Source: a virus. From it: 64,000 nucleotides of DNA. Positions 9,086 to 18,783 of the stretch are shown in pieces (positions within the stretch are counted from its first letter, which is position 1; every line of letters begins with the position of its first letter). A program made the translations under genes and the position numbers. The stretch spans positions 32,001-96,000 of the IMG/VR virus record IMGVR_UViG_3300005253_000063; one strand, 5' to 3'. The notes beneath the pieces were generated by a model that worked only from the letters and a program-made list of their open reading frames with translations, did no database searches and was not told the origin of the DNA.

Positions 9086-11266
9086 TTGGCCCTCAACTCG
9101 TTAGGACTCGGTTTTTTGTTCACCGCGAAGGATCTCGCATCGGGGAAGGTGCGCGAACTCGATAGGTCGATGAAGGGCCTCGGCAACACGACCGAGAAGA
9201 CCGGGAGCAAGGTCAAGTCGGGCCTCAAGCAGATGGGCGTTGGTCTCGGCTTGCTCGCCGTGGGAGCTGGCACGCTGACTGGGACGTTCAAGCTGGCTGG
9301 TGCCGCGGGCGAGTTCGAGCAGGGCCTTGCCGCGGTTGGCGCGGTGACCCGTGCGACGGAGAAGGAGCTGAAGCTGCTGGAATCGACTGCGATCCGTGCG
9401 GGCATCGAGACACAGTTTAGCCCCGCTATCGCGGTCGAGGGGCTCAAGTCACTTGCGACTGCGGGTCAGACGGCGACGCAAGCGACCGAGACCTTGATTC
9501 CTGTGCTCGACCTGGCGGCCGGATCGTTGGGCGAGCTGGGCGTTGCAGAGGCCGCCGCGGCTGTAGTCGGTACGCTGAACGCCTACGGTCAAACCGCGGA
9601 CCAAGCGGCCGATGTCACCGACAAGCTGCTGCGGATCACGCAGCTCACGAACTTCCAGACGCGTGATTTCTCGGTCGGCCTGTCGAAAGCTGCGGCGGCT
9701 GGCGCCACGTTTGACCAGAGTCTTGACGATGTCCTCATCACGATGGGCCTGCTGCGGAACAGGAACATCGAGGCCAGCTCGTCCGCGACCGCGTTCCGCG
9801 AGGTCACCCGGCGTCTCGGCTCGGACCAGCGGGCGCAAAGTGCGGTCACACAGATTGGCGTCGACGTGTTCGATAAGCAGACGGGCGCGATGCGTTCGGT
9901 CGTCGACGTCATGTCGGAGTTCGCTGCCGCGACCGAGGGGCTCACGGAGAAGGAGCGGTTGCGTCGAGTGACGACCGCGTTCGGTGCGCGCGGTCTGCTT
10001 GCCTTCAATGCGATCCAGAAGGCGACCTTCACGGACATGTCGACCGGACAGCCGATCGTCCTGCGCGGCGCCGCCGCGATCGAGGCGATGCGGAAAGAGT
10101 TGGGAAACGCGACTGGGACCGCGGGTGAGTTTCGCGAGGCGCTGCTTGACACGTTCGAAGGTCAGAAGACCTTGTTGAAAGGAACGATCGAGACCCTTGC
10201 TGTGGTGCTTGGTAAACCGTTCGCGCGCGTCTTCAAGCCGATCGTGAAGGCTGTCACTGACGCGCTCAACTTCCTGATCGAAGCCTTCTCGAACCTATCG
10301 CCGCGCACGCAGGAGATCATCGCGGTGGTCATCGGGCTCTCGGCTTTGTTGCTGACCTTGAGCGGAATTTTTGCCATCGTGAAAGGTGGTGCCGCGCTGC
10401 TCGGGTTCTCCTTCAAGTCGTTCCTGCTCGCACCTTTGAAGCAAGTCGGTGCGACCCTGTTGTGGATCGTGAAGTCGCCGTTGCTGCTCTACCGTGGAGC
10501 GGTCAAGGTTGCGCGCGCGTTCACGAAGCTCTTCGGCTTTGCCCTGAAAGGCGTGAACAAGGTCGGCAAGATTTTCGGCATCGTGGTCGGCAAGATGGGG
10601 AAGGCTCTTGGCTTCATGGTGAAAGGGATCATCAAAGCGATCCCGTTCCTCATCAAGATGGGCGCGGCAATGTTCACTGCGCTGGGGCCGATCGGTCTCA
10701 TCATCGGTGCCGTGGCTTTGGTCGCAGGTGCGATCGTCATCTTCAAGGATGAGGTCGGTGCGGCGCTCAGTGCGATAGGGGGCGCTTTTGCGACAGTGTT
10801 CGGTGGGATTAGGGACGTCGTGGTCAGCGTTGCCGAGTTCATCGAGAAAGTATTCAACGAAATCCTCGAATTCATCAGAGGCGTTATCGACGAGATTATC
10901 GACGCGGGTAAGGCGGCGGCAGAATTCATCTTCGGCGGGGGCGGTGTCACCGGCGTCGGGTTGGACTTTCTCGTCAAGGAAGTTGAGGAGAGCACGGGCG
11001 TAAAGAGGCGGTCCGGGGAAACTCAGGGTGATTTCATTGAGAGGGCTCAAGCAACACCCTCGCCTGCGGTTGCTGAGGTCACGGCGCTCGCACCACAAGG
11101 GGCTCAAGCGGTGCCCGGAGGACAGCAGCGCGGGCAGCAACCGATCGCTGCGACCTTTAACGTCTCGCTCGAAGTCGACGGCGACAAGCTCGCAGAGAAG
11201 GTGTTCTCGCAGGAGGTCTCGGGGCGGTCCCGCGAGTTCGGCAATGTTCCACCGGAGGCCGACTGA
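9086..11266 (+). CDS. Tail tape measure protein (TP901-like core)
   Basis: Ala/Gly-rich helical 726 aa; [12 protein letters not shown]-x-FSP motifs; hydrophobic C-terminal half. Confidence 0.92.
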   Translation: MALNSLGLGFLFTAKDLASGKVRELDRSMKGLGNTTEKTGSKVKSGLKQMGVGLGLLAVGAGTLTGTFKLAGAAGEFEQGLAAVGAVTRATEKELKLLESTAIRAGIETQFSPAIAVEGLKSLATAGQTATQATETLIPVLDLAAGSLGELGVAEAAAAVVGTLNAYGQTADQAADVTDKLLRITQLTNFQTRDFSVGLSKAAAAGATFDQSLDDVLITMGLLRNRNIEASSSATAFREVTRRLGSDQRAQSAVTQIGVDVFDKQTGAMRSVVDVMSEFAAATEGLTEKERLRRVTTAFGARGLLAFNAIQKATFTDMSTGQPIVLRGAAAIEAMRKELGNATGTAGEFREALLDTFEGQKTLLKGTIETLAVVLGKPFARVFKPIVKAVTDALNFLIEAFSNLSPRTQEIIAVVIGLSALLLTLSGIFAIVKGGAALLGFSFKSFLLAPLKQVGATLLWIVKSPLLLYRGAVKVARAFTKLFGFALKGVNKVGKIFGIVVGKMGKALGFMVKGIIKAIPFLIKMGAAMFTALGPIGLIIGAVALVAGAIVIFKDEVGAALSAIGGAFATVFGGIRDVVVSVAEFIEKVFNEILEFIRGVIDEIIDAGKAAAEFIFGGGGVTGVGLDFLVKEVEESTGVKRRSGETQGDFIERAQATPSPAVAEVTALAPQGAQAVPGGQQRGQQPIAATFNVSLEVDGDKLAEKVFSQEVSGRSREFGNVPPEAD

Positions 11267-11904
11267 TGCCGCACCTTGAGGAGGAAGCACGTAGGCGCGC
11301 TGCACTACAGATACGAGAAGGGCTCTCGAAGGAGCAGCGGTCGTTGACCCGAGCAACGCGGCGCACGCCGGAGAAGATGTACATGACGAACCTCGTCGAC
11401 GGTTCGAACATCGTCGCGCAGTTCAACCCGACCGAGTTCTCTGAGGCTATCTCTGTCAACTACGCGAGGCAGGCGATTCCCGGCCTCTCGCACCAGCCGC
11501 TTCAGTACATCCACACGAGCAACGAGACCTTCAACCTTGCGCTCTTCTTCAATGCCAATGACGAGGTCGAACCGCGACAGAACACGTTTGCGCAGATCGA
11601 GAAGAACCTGACCTCGCGCGCGTTCCTGCTGAGCGTGTGCTATCCGCGGCGCGGCAACCTTGGTGTTGTCGGAGGCGGGCCGCCTCGGCTCCTGTTCGTG
11701 TGGCCAACCTTCATCGCGCTGACCTGCGTGATCACGGGTCTACAGTTTCGCTACTCACGCTTCAACGCGAACGGGACGCCGTTGGAGTTCACCGCGACCA
11801 TCGCGCTCGAAGAGATCCGCGACGTGCGGTTGCTGTCCGAAGACGTCTTCGCGCTCGGCACGCAACGCGGGCCGGACAACGCGGGACGATCGGGGAGTGT
11901 CTGA
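11266..11904 (+). CDS. Tube initiator / CIS tube-like protein
   Basis: QFNPTEF, IPGLS-x-QPLQY, PPRLLFVW, F-x-x-NGTP motifs. Confidence 0.8.
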   Translation: MPHLEEEARRRAALQIREGLSKEQRSLTRATRRTPEKMYMTNLVDGSNIVAQFNPTEFSEAISVNYARQAIPGLSHQPLQYIHTSNETFNLALFFNANDEVEPRQNTFAQIEKNLTSRAFLLSVCYPRRGNLGVVGGGPPRLLFVWPTFIALTCVITGLQFRYSRFNANGTPLEFTATIALEEIRDVRLLSEDVFALGTQRGPDNAGRSGSV

Positions 11905-12248
11905 TGCCACCGCGCCGCTTCTCTCGATACACGTTTACGTCGGCTGTTCTCGACGACGACGACAACCTCCTGCTCACGGAGCCCGAGCCCTTCCGGTTCC
12001 GCGAACTCGCAGACAACCGTATCCATATCGCGGCCGACGGCGACACGCTCTTCACGTTAGCGCACCGCTTCTTCGACGGGCTCCCACGTCCTGCCGGCCT
12101 GTGGTGGATCATCGCCGACTTCCAGCCCGACCCGATCCTGGACCCGACGTTGAAGCTGGCGCGCGGACGCGCGATGTTCCTCCCTTCAGTGCGGACCATC
12201 ACCGATGAGGTGTTCAGCGAGACCCGTCGGGGTGAAGCGACGCCGTGA
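11904..12248 (+). CDS. LysM/tail-X baseplate protein
   Basis: GDTL-x-x-LAHRF...LWWIIADF; TGATG overlap. Confidence 0.8.
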   Translation: MPPRRFSRYTFTSAVLDDDDNLLLTEPEPFRFRELADNRIHIAADGDTLFTLAHRFFDGLPRPAGLWWIIADFQPDPILDPTLKLARGRAMFLPSVRTITDEVFSETRRGEATP

Positions 12249-13867
12249 CGCGCAGCGCCGCAGTCTACCACGTCAAGGTGATCCCGCAGGGACGCCGCGG
12301 CGTGCGGCTCGACCTCTCGAACCGCGTGAAGAAGCTCACCTTCGAGGACAACGAACGGAAGGCCGACGTCCTCAAGCTGGCCGTCGACAATTGGGATCTC
12401 GCGAACTTCGACAACCCGGTCTGGGCGAAGGGTAACTTCCTCGAAGTCTCGTTCGGCTACCCGGGCAACATGTCGCCTGCGCGGCTGATGCTGATCAAGA
12501 AGGTCACTGGCGCGACGAAGCTCACGGTGGAGGCGTACGACAAGGCGTTCCTCCTTGACCGCGAGAAGCGCTGCCGGACGTTCTTCGACTCGAAGCGGTC
12601 CGACGTGGTCAAGCAGATTGCCCTGAAGAACGGTTTCGGGTCCGACGTGCAGACCATCGAGGACACTGAGGAGGTCCTGCCGACAGTCACACAAGCGGCG
12701 GAGACGGATGCTCATCTCTTACGCCGCCTCGCCAATAAAGAGGGCTTCGAGTTTTTCATCGACCACGATGGTTTTCATTGGCACAGTCGGAACATCAAGC
12801 AGCGCCCGCTGAAGACGCTGACGTGGTACGCGAGCGGGCAAGGCGAGATCAAGAGCTTCAACATCGACAACGATATTACGATCCGCACGGGGAAGTCGAG
12901 GACGCGCGGGCGTGACCCAATCAAGAAGAAGGATTACGAGATCATCGTCGACCACGTTCAGGATCTCTTACAGGTTATCGCACCAACTGCGGAGGTAGTG
13001 TCCGAAGCTGTGACAGGGTTAGGCAACGCCGCACGACTCACGATCGAGACGGCGGGCGAACTTAGTCCTATCACCGCCAAGCGGCGTGCGAAGAGCAAAG
13101 CGCGGAAGTCGCGACAGCTCACCGTCAAGATGAAGTTGAACATCATTGGCGATCCGCAGCTGCTTGCGAAGTCGGTTGTTCGTATCGAGGGGATTGGCAA
13201 GCGGTTGAGTGGCAACTACTACGTGAAGAAGTCCAAGCACGCCGTCTCCGCTGACGGTTACGCGGGCGAGCTTGAAGTGATTCGCGACGGGCACAATGAG
13301 CTGAAGACATCGGAGCGCCTCTTCGAGCAGAGGCTCGGTGGTACGGGCGGCGCAACCAACCGCGACTGCACGTCAAAGGTCGCGCTCGTGCGCAAGCTCC
13401 TCGCAAAGTTCCGCCCGGTACGTCGAGCGGAGTTCATCGAGCGCGGGCTAGCGAACATCCCGATCGCGCCGGGGATTGCAGAAGAGTTGGGTGCCTTCGA
13501 AACGTTCGCAAGAGGTGCGGTGGGTCGGTTGAAGAAGAACCCGCATGACACCGCCTTCATCGAAGAGGTGCGGATCAAGGCATCCGATGCGCGGTCCGCG
13601 GCCAGCATTGTCAACCTCACGAGGACGCGGGTCATCGCAGACAAGATCCAGTTCGCCGCGTTGCTCGCGGGCGGTGTGTGCAAGGAAGAGGTTCAGGCGA
13701 AGGTCAACAACCTGCAACCGTCGGTGAGGATAGGCCAGAGGCAGCTGGAGAAGCTGCCTGCTTGGTTCCGCGATTCCAACCCGACATTGACCGCGGTCGA
13801 GGTGCCGGACGCGGAGACGGGTGAGTTCCGAACGATCTTCGTCGACAAGCGTGGGAGGGATCAGTAG
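12245..13867 (+). CDS. Baseplate hub (gpD/gp27-like) with C-terminal extension
   Basis: Q-x-x-ETD-x-x-LLRRLA-x-x-EGFEF and GDPQL...GIG-x-RLSG-x-YYV motifs. Confidence 0.85.
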   Translation: MTRSAAVYHVKVIPQGRRGVRLDLSNRVKKLTFEDNERKADVLKLAVDNWDLANFDNPVWAKGNFLEVSFGYPGNMSPARLMLIKKVTGATKLTVEAYDKAFLLDREKRCRTFFDSKRSDVVKQIALKNGFGSDVQTIEDTEEVLPTVTQAAETDAHLLRRLANKEGFEFFIDHDGFHWHSRNIKQRPLKTLTWYASGQGEIKSFNIDNDITIRTGKSRTRGRDPIKKKDYEIIVDHVQDLLQVIAPTAEVVSEAVTGLGNAARLTIETAGELSPITAKRRAKSKARKSRQLTVKMKLNIIGDPQLLAKSVVRIEGIGKRLSGNYYVKKSKHAVSADGYAGELEVIRDGHNELKTSERLFEQRLGGTGGATNRDCTSKVALVRKLLAKFRPVRRAEFIERGLANIPIAPGIAEELGAFETFARGAVGRLKKNPHDTAFIEEVRIKASDARSAASIVNLTRTRVIADKIQFAALLAGGVCKEEVQAKVNNLQPSVRIGQRQLEKLPAWFRDSNPTLTAVEVPDAETGEFRTIFVDKRGRDQ

Positions 13868-14595
13868 TGCCCAACGAGTTCGACGAGAGTTCCGACCTCC
13901 ACTACGTCGGCTTCTACAATGCGGTGGTGGTCGACAACGAAGACCCCAGGAAGCTGGGCCGGGTTCGTTTTCGTATCCCAGGACTCATCGAGCCTGCAGG
14001 CGCGTTCGCGTTCCCACTCGGAATTGGTGGTGGTGCGCCACAGCGCGGCTTCTATGACCCGCCTGACAAGGGCGCAGACATCGGCGTGCTGTTCATGCAA
14101 GGTGACCTCGAACAGCCGTACTACCTCGGGGGTCATTGGGGAGAACCAGACAGCGGCGTCGAGACGCCAGGACCTGCCGCGTCAGCGAGCGCCGCCGACG
14201 CACCGAAGGTCAAGGCGTACGAGACCTCGCGCTACTTGACGATCTGGGACAACCGGAGCGGTCAGGAAGAGTGGTTCATTCGTGACAAAGAGACGGGCGA
14301 TACGATCGTCTTGAATGCCGCGGATGGGGTCCGCCTCTCGACCCAACAAAAGGTTATCATTGACGCGGCGGGTGACGTCGAGATCGGCTCAGCGGGGAAC
14401 GTCTCGATCGGGGGTACGCAAGTCGAACTGAACGGGCCCGGTGTGGCCGTTGGACGTGTCGGAGACGCGGTGCAAGTCACGATACCGCCAGGCGTCGTTC
14501 TCGTGCTCTCACCCACGGGGCCTGTTCCCAACCCGGTTCCGATCGTTGTTCCGGGCACGATCGTGTCTGGGAGTGTTACGGTGAAGGCGGGTTAG
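13867..14595 (+). CDS. Baseplate spike (gpV/gp5 OB-fold)
   Basis: VVDNEDP-x-KLGRV-x-x-x-IP and F-x-x-GD-x-x-x-P-x-YLG motifs. Confidence 0.88.
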   Translation: MPNEFDESSDLHYVGFYNAVVVDNEDPRKLGRVRFRIPGLIEPAGAFAFPLGIGGGAPQRGFYDPPDKGADIGVLFMQGDLEQPYYLGGHWGEPDSGVETPGPAASASAADAPKVKAYETSRYLTIWDNRSGQEEWFIRDKETGDTIVLNAADGVRLSTQQKVIIDAAGDVEIGSAGNVSIGGTQVELNGPGVAVGRVGDAVQVTIPPGVVLVLSPTGPVPNPVPIVVPGTIVSGSVTVKAG

Positions 14596-14596
14596 G

Positions 14597-15034
14597 ATGG
14601 CAGAGCCGTTCGCAGAACTTCTTCACCTCGGCCGAGGTGTGACCCGACCCTTCCGACGGGACGGGCGTGGGGACTTCGCGGTCGCTACGGGTGCCGCACT
14701 CGTCTCGGCGGCCGTGGGTCAGATCCTCGGGACGATCGCGGACAGCGCGGTGAACGTTGGCGAGCTGCCGTGGCGGCCCGACTTCGGTTCGAAGCTGCAC
14801 CTGTTACGCCACTCACCGAACAATGAGGCGCTCGTCGAGACGGCTCGCGTCTTCGTGATCGAGGCCGTACAGCGTTGGGAGCCGCGGGTGCGAATCTCCA
14901 ATGTCGAGATCAGTCGCGATGAGACTGAGGGGAGCGGGGGCAACAAGTTGACGATCAGACTCCGGTACGCCTTCGTCGAGCTGCAGACAGGCGTCGCAAT
15001 CTTCGAAGACCTTGAAACGGCCGTGGTCGTCTAG
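14597..15034 (+). CDS. Baseplate wedge gpW/gp25
   Basis: GELPWRPDFGS and WEPRV motifs. Confidence 0.9.
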   Translation: MAEPFAELLHLGRGVTRPFRRDGRGDFAVATGAALVSAAVGQILGTIADSAVNVGELPWRPDFGSKLHLLRHSPNNEALVETARVFVIEAVQRWEPRVRISNVEISRDETEGSGGNKLTIRLRYAFVELQTGVAIFEDLETAVVV

Positions 15035-15054
15035 GCTATACTGCGCGGGTCAAA

Positions 15055-16566
15055 ATGGCGATCCTACCTTCATCGCTGGACTTCACCGACCGAGACTTCG
15101 ACAGTCTCAATGCCCGGCTCGATGCCTTGCTCGCGTCGGTCTTCCCCGACTGGACCGACTTTCAGGTTGCGACCTTTGGGAACATCCTCAAGGAGATGTT
15201 TGCTTTCGTTGGTGGCGTCTTCACGAAGTACCAGGATTCGTCCGCCATCGAATCGCGGATCGTCACCGCGACCCAACGCAAGAACCTGATCAACCTCGCA
15301 AAGCTGGTCGGGTTCGTACCGCAAGGAGCCGCAGTAGCAACTGCCGAGGAAACGTTCACGCTCGCCGCTGTGCCGACACAGGATGTCGTCTTCGTTGAAG
15401 GGCAGGAAGTGCGGACGAAAGATGTCGTGGATCCCGCCACCTTCAGACTCTTGACGGACCTCACGATCCCAGCGTTCAAAGACCCCCCCATCGGTTTGGT
15501 TCAAGTGGAGAATGCGGACCCCACGGCAGAGCAGTTCCAGTCCGACGGTCTGGCGAACCAGCGGTTCGAACTCGCCGAGGTGCCGTTCCTTGACGACTCG
15601 GCGGTCATCCTCGCGGCCAATGGCGACTACGACGAGGTCGTCAACTTCCTCGACTCCGCTGCTGCCGACCGACACTTCGTGATCGTCGTCGACCAGAACG
15701 ACAGAGCCACGATCAAGTTTGGCAATGGCGTGAATGGTGCGATCCCGCAGGGCACGATCGCGGTCTCGTACAAGACGGGCGGCGGTGCGGCAGGCAACGT
15801 CGAGGTCGGGACGATCACCACAATCGAAGGTTCGTTCACCGACATCCTCGGCGGGTCCGTCTCGGTATCGGTTAACAACGCGGCGAAGGCGTCGGGCGGT
15901 ACCGACCGGCAGGGGAATGAGGAGATTCGCGAACTCGCACCGGAGTCGGTACGTGTGCTCAACCGAACCGTTGCCCGCGAGGACTACGAGATCAACGCGA
16001 AGAAGATCGCGGGCGTGTCGCGTGCGCTGATGCTCACCGCTGACCAGGACACGGAGATCGATGAGAACGCGGGCAAGCTCTTCATCATCCCCGATGGCGG
16101 TGGCGTACCCACACAGACGCTCAAGGACTCTGTCCTCAACCAGGTGACCGTCGTGTTTCCGAAGACCGTCACCTTCCGCCTTGACGTCGTGGATCCGGTT
16201 TTTCTTGTCGTCAACGTCGCAGCACGAGTGTTCAAACGGACCAACATCACACAGGCGACTGTGCGCGCGAACATCCAGGCTGCGCTCGACGCCCACTTCG
16301 CGCTCGACAACCCCGATGGTTCGGCTAACACAAACATCGACTTCGGTTTCAACTTCAAGGATGTTGACGGGAACCCGGCCGGTGAGATCGCCTGGTCCGA
16401 CATTTTCAACGTCGTGCGCGACGCTAGCGGCGTACGAAAGATTGGTGACCAGAATAACGACCTCACGCTCAACGGCCAGGACGACGATCTGCCAATCCAG
16501 GTGAAACAGTTCCCGGTGCTCGGTCAGATCGTCTTACTGGACGGTGATACCGGAGGCGCGTTCTAG
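15055..16566 (+). CDS. Baseplate J/gp6-like wedge protein
   Basis: DFTDRDFDSL, FGNGVNGAIP, GGG-x-x-GNV, GG-x-D, R-x-V-x-x-EDY motifs. Confidence 0.92.
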   Translation: MAILPSSLDFTDRDFDSLNARLDALLASVFPDWTDFQVATFGNILKEMFAFVGGVFTKYQDSSAIESRIVTATQRKNLINLAKLVGFVPQGAAVATAEETFTLAAVPTQDVVFVEGQEVRTKDVVDPATFRLLTDLTIPAFKDPPIGLVQVENADPTAEQFQSDGLANQRFELAEVPFLDDSAVILAANGDYDEVVNFLDSAAADRHFVIVVDQNDRATIKFGNGVNGAIPQGTIAVSYKTGGGAAGNVEVGTITTIEGSFTDILGGSVSVSVNNAAKASGGTDRQGNEEIRELAPESVRVLNRTVAREDYEINAKKIAGVSRALMLTADQDTEIDENAGKLFIIPDGGGVPTQTLKDSVLNQVTVVFPKTVTFRLDVVDPVFLVVNVAARVFKRTNITQATVRANIQAALDAHFALDNPDGSANTNIDFGFNFKDVDGNPAGEIAWSDIFNVVRDASGVRKIGDQNNDLTLNGQDDDLPIQVKQFPVLGQIVLLDGDTGGAF

Positions 16567-17364
16567 GTGGCACACACGTTCGCGAACCTGAGCTACGAGG
16601 ACGCCGGCTTGGAGCCTGGCGATGCCGCCAGTTGGGTGCAGTCGCAGCTCGCAACCGCGGAGGAGCTTGCGGGCTACGGCCCGTCGAGCCTGAGCGTACG
16701 TCGGCGACCCGAGGAGGACTTCGAAGATGGCTGGCTCAGCAACGAGGACTTCGTGTTTGTCCTCGGTCTCGTGGATGACGCGTTCTACGATATCGCCATC
16801 TCACCGCAGCGGGGTGAAGACTACGAAGAGGGTTGGCTCAGCAACGAGAACTTCACGTTCGTCCACAGCGGACTCGACGTGGCGGTGTACGACTCGACTC
16901 CGCAAGACTTCGAAGACTTCGAAGAGGAGTGGCTCGGCAATGAGGCGTTCGAGTTCCAACTCGGCACGATTTTATCCGCCCCGTTCGGCGGCGTTGGCGG
17001 CTCCGAAGACTTCGAGCAGACATGGGACATCGACATCCGCATCTTCGCGTTCGCCGAGTTCTCTGGTTTGCTCACGTTTACAAAAACGTCCGACGAGATC
17101 GAACGGGCCTCCGGTAGTTGGATCACAGATGGCTTCGCCGACGTGCCGCAAATCGAGATTTTCAACTCGCTCTCGAATGACGGGATTCACGATCCGGTTA
17201 CCGTCGCCGCTCTGTCGATCATCACGGACGGCACCCCGGCTATCGTTGACGAAGTGCCAGCCCTGACCGTTCGGGTTCGCTCGTTCTCGGTTGCCCTGTA
17301 CGATGGCGGTGCGCTAACCGAAGAAAACTTCCAGGGGACCTGGACTCTGATGACGACCTTCTAG
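16567..17364 (+). CDS. Acidic repeat-containing baseplate-associated protein
   Basis: Five E-[DN]-[FY]-[EQ]-x-x-W repeats; starts immediately after J stop. Confidence 0.65.
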   Translation: MAHTFANLSYEDAGLEPGDAASWVQSQLATAEELAGYGPSSLSVRRRPEEDFEDGWLSNEDFVFVLGLVDDAFYDIAISPQRGEDYEEGWLSNENFTFVHSGLDVAVYDSTPQDFEDFEEEWLGNEAFEFQLGTILSAPFGGVGGSEDFEQTWDIDIRIFAFAEFSGLLTFTKTSDEIERASGSWITDGFADVPQIEIFNSLSNDGIHDPVTVAALSIITDGTPAIVDEVPALTVRVRSFSVALYDGGALTEENFQGTWTLMTTF

Positions 17365-17373
17365 GAGAGTTGA

Positions 17374-18093
17374 ATGGCCGAAGTTGATTTTACTGAACTT
17401 GCTAACAGCCTCGCGACCGGGCAGCTCGACCGAGGCGCGACGGCAGGCATCGATCGACCCCCCGGGGGCGGGTCGTTCGTCTTCGGGTTCAACTCGCTGG
17501 CCGTCGTCGACGGCGCGGCCGGGTTGTTCACGAACCAGACGAACTTCGCTCCGATGTCGAAGGGCGGTCGCATCCAGGGCGCGATCAAGCGACACCCGTC
17601 GGCTGGCGCGACCGGATTCGCTCCATTTCTGTTCATCGGCTTGCAAGGCCCCGACGTTTCCGATCTGGGCTACCTGCTCGGGCTCGGCGATGCCGACCCG
17701 CATCACATCGTGTTGCGCAAAGGGGCCATCAACGAGGGGCTCCCCGAGTCACTCGGCGTCGAAGGTGTGCTCGCCATCGGCACCGAGCCCTTCAACAACG
17801 ACACGTGGCTACACCTCCGACTCGACATGGTGGTGAACCTCAACGGCGACGTCGTGCTCAATGTGTTCCGCAACGATCTGGACGTCAATCCGGTCGGCGC
17901 TCCGATCTTCGCTCCGGTACCCGGCATGGACGATCTGAACCCGGGCTCCGGTCGCGCCTTCCTCGACGACGCGCTCGGCATCAACTCGGGCTCGCAACCG
18001 TTCGAGAACGGGCGCGTCGGGTTTGCCTTCCGCGTCGAGGATACTGCGCGGCGCGGCGCGTTTGATTCTATCGAGATCGCGAGACAATTATAG
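17374..18093 (+). CDS. Virion protein, possible beta-sandwich/lectin-like fold
   Basis: AGGAG SD; WLHLRLDM...GRVGF...FDSIEI resembles a ConA-like fold ending. Confidence 0.6.
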   Translation: MAEVDFTELANSLATGQLDRGATAGIDRPPGGGSFVFGFNSLAVVDGAAGLFTNQTNFAPMSKGGRIQGAIKRHPSAGATGFAPFLFIGLQGPDVSDLGYLLGLGDADPHHIVLRKGAINEGLPESLGVEGVLAIGTEPFNNDTWLHLRLDMVVNLNGDVVLNVFRNDLDVNPVGAPIFAPVPGMDDLNPGSGRAFLDDALGINSGSQPFENGRVGFAFRVEDTARRGAFDSIEIARQL

Positions 18094-18129
18094 TTGTCTA
18101 GCAATCTCTTTTCGTGTTAGGAAAGCGGC

Positions 18130-18780
18130 ATGAACAAAGCGCGATCGAAAGCGAGAACCAAAGAATGGGAGGATCCCGAGATCCGCAAGCGTCGTGTCGA
18201 AGGCGTTCGCAAGGCCGCATTTCGACGTTACGAAGATCAGGGCGAACGAAACAAGGCCTCGGCTCGCACGAAAGCTCTCTTCGATGATCCTGCTTACCGA
18301 GAGAAACACCGACGCGCGATGCAGAAACTTGGCAAACAGAACCGAGGCAAGCCTCGGAGCGCAAAGGGTCTTAGCAGATCGCCCGAGTACAAAATCTGGT
18401 CCGGCATGATCGAACGCTGCCACAACCCGAAGACGGTGCCCTATAAGAACTATGGTGGTCGAGGCATCCACGTCTGTGACGAGTGGCGGGGCCGTGGCGG
18501 GTTCGTGCGGTTCATCGAGCACGTCGGTCGACGGCCTTCCTCTGAACTCACGATCGGTCGTATCGATAATGATGGCCACTACGAGCCTGGCAATGTTCGT
18601 TGGGAGACGCGTGTCGAGCAGATGGCGAACCGTCGAATAACACGGCATGTAACGATCCGCGGAGAAACTATGACCTTGACTGCCTGGGCTCGTCATATCG
18701 GTATCGCGGTGCCGACATTGTCTCGCCGTTTACGCCTTGGCTGGTCAGACGATAAATTGCTTCAACCAGGAAGACACTGA
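18130..18780 (+). CDS. Free-standing HNH endonuclease
   Basis: M-x-x-RC-x-NP...YGGRGI-x-VC-x-EW...RIDNDG-x-YEPGN-x-RW; basic N-terminus, C-terminal HTH-like tail. Confidence 0.9.
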   Translation: MNKARSKARTKEWEDPEIRKRRVEGVRKAAFRRYEDQGERNKASARTKALFDDPAYREKHRRAMQKLGKQNRGKPRSAKGLSRSPEYKIWSGMIERCHNPKTVPYKNYGGRGIHVCDEWRGRGGFVRFIEHVGRRPSSELTIGRIDNDGHYEPGNVRWETRVEQMANRRITRHVTIRGETMTLTAWARHIGIAVPTLSRRLRLGWSDDKLLQPGRH

Positions 18781-18783
18781 CCG

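Noticed and set aside
15070-16296. Long antisense ORFs (also 310-1371, 23521-24822, 47015-48064 and others)
   Set aside because: Shadow frames of GC3-rich genes with no motifs
5305-16566. Extracellular contractile injection system or tailocin
   Set aside because: Capsid, neck, tape measure and replication genes are present, so this is a phage tail
18088-18696. Minus-strand ORF ending EIARQL as a real gene
   Set aside because: Same-register shadow of the HNH; the shared ending comes from the palindrome
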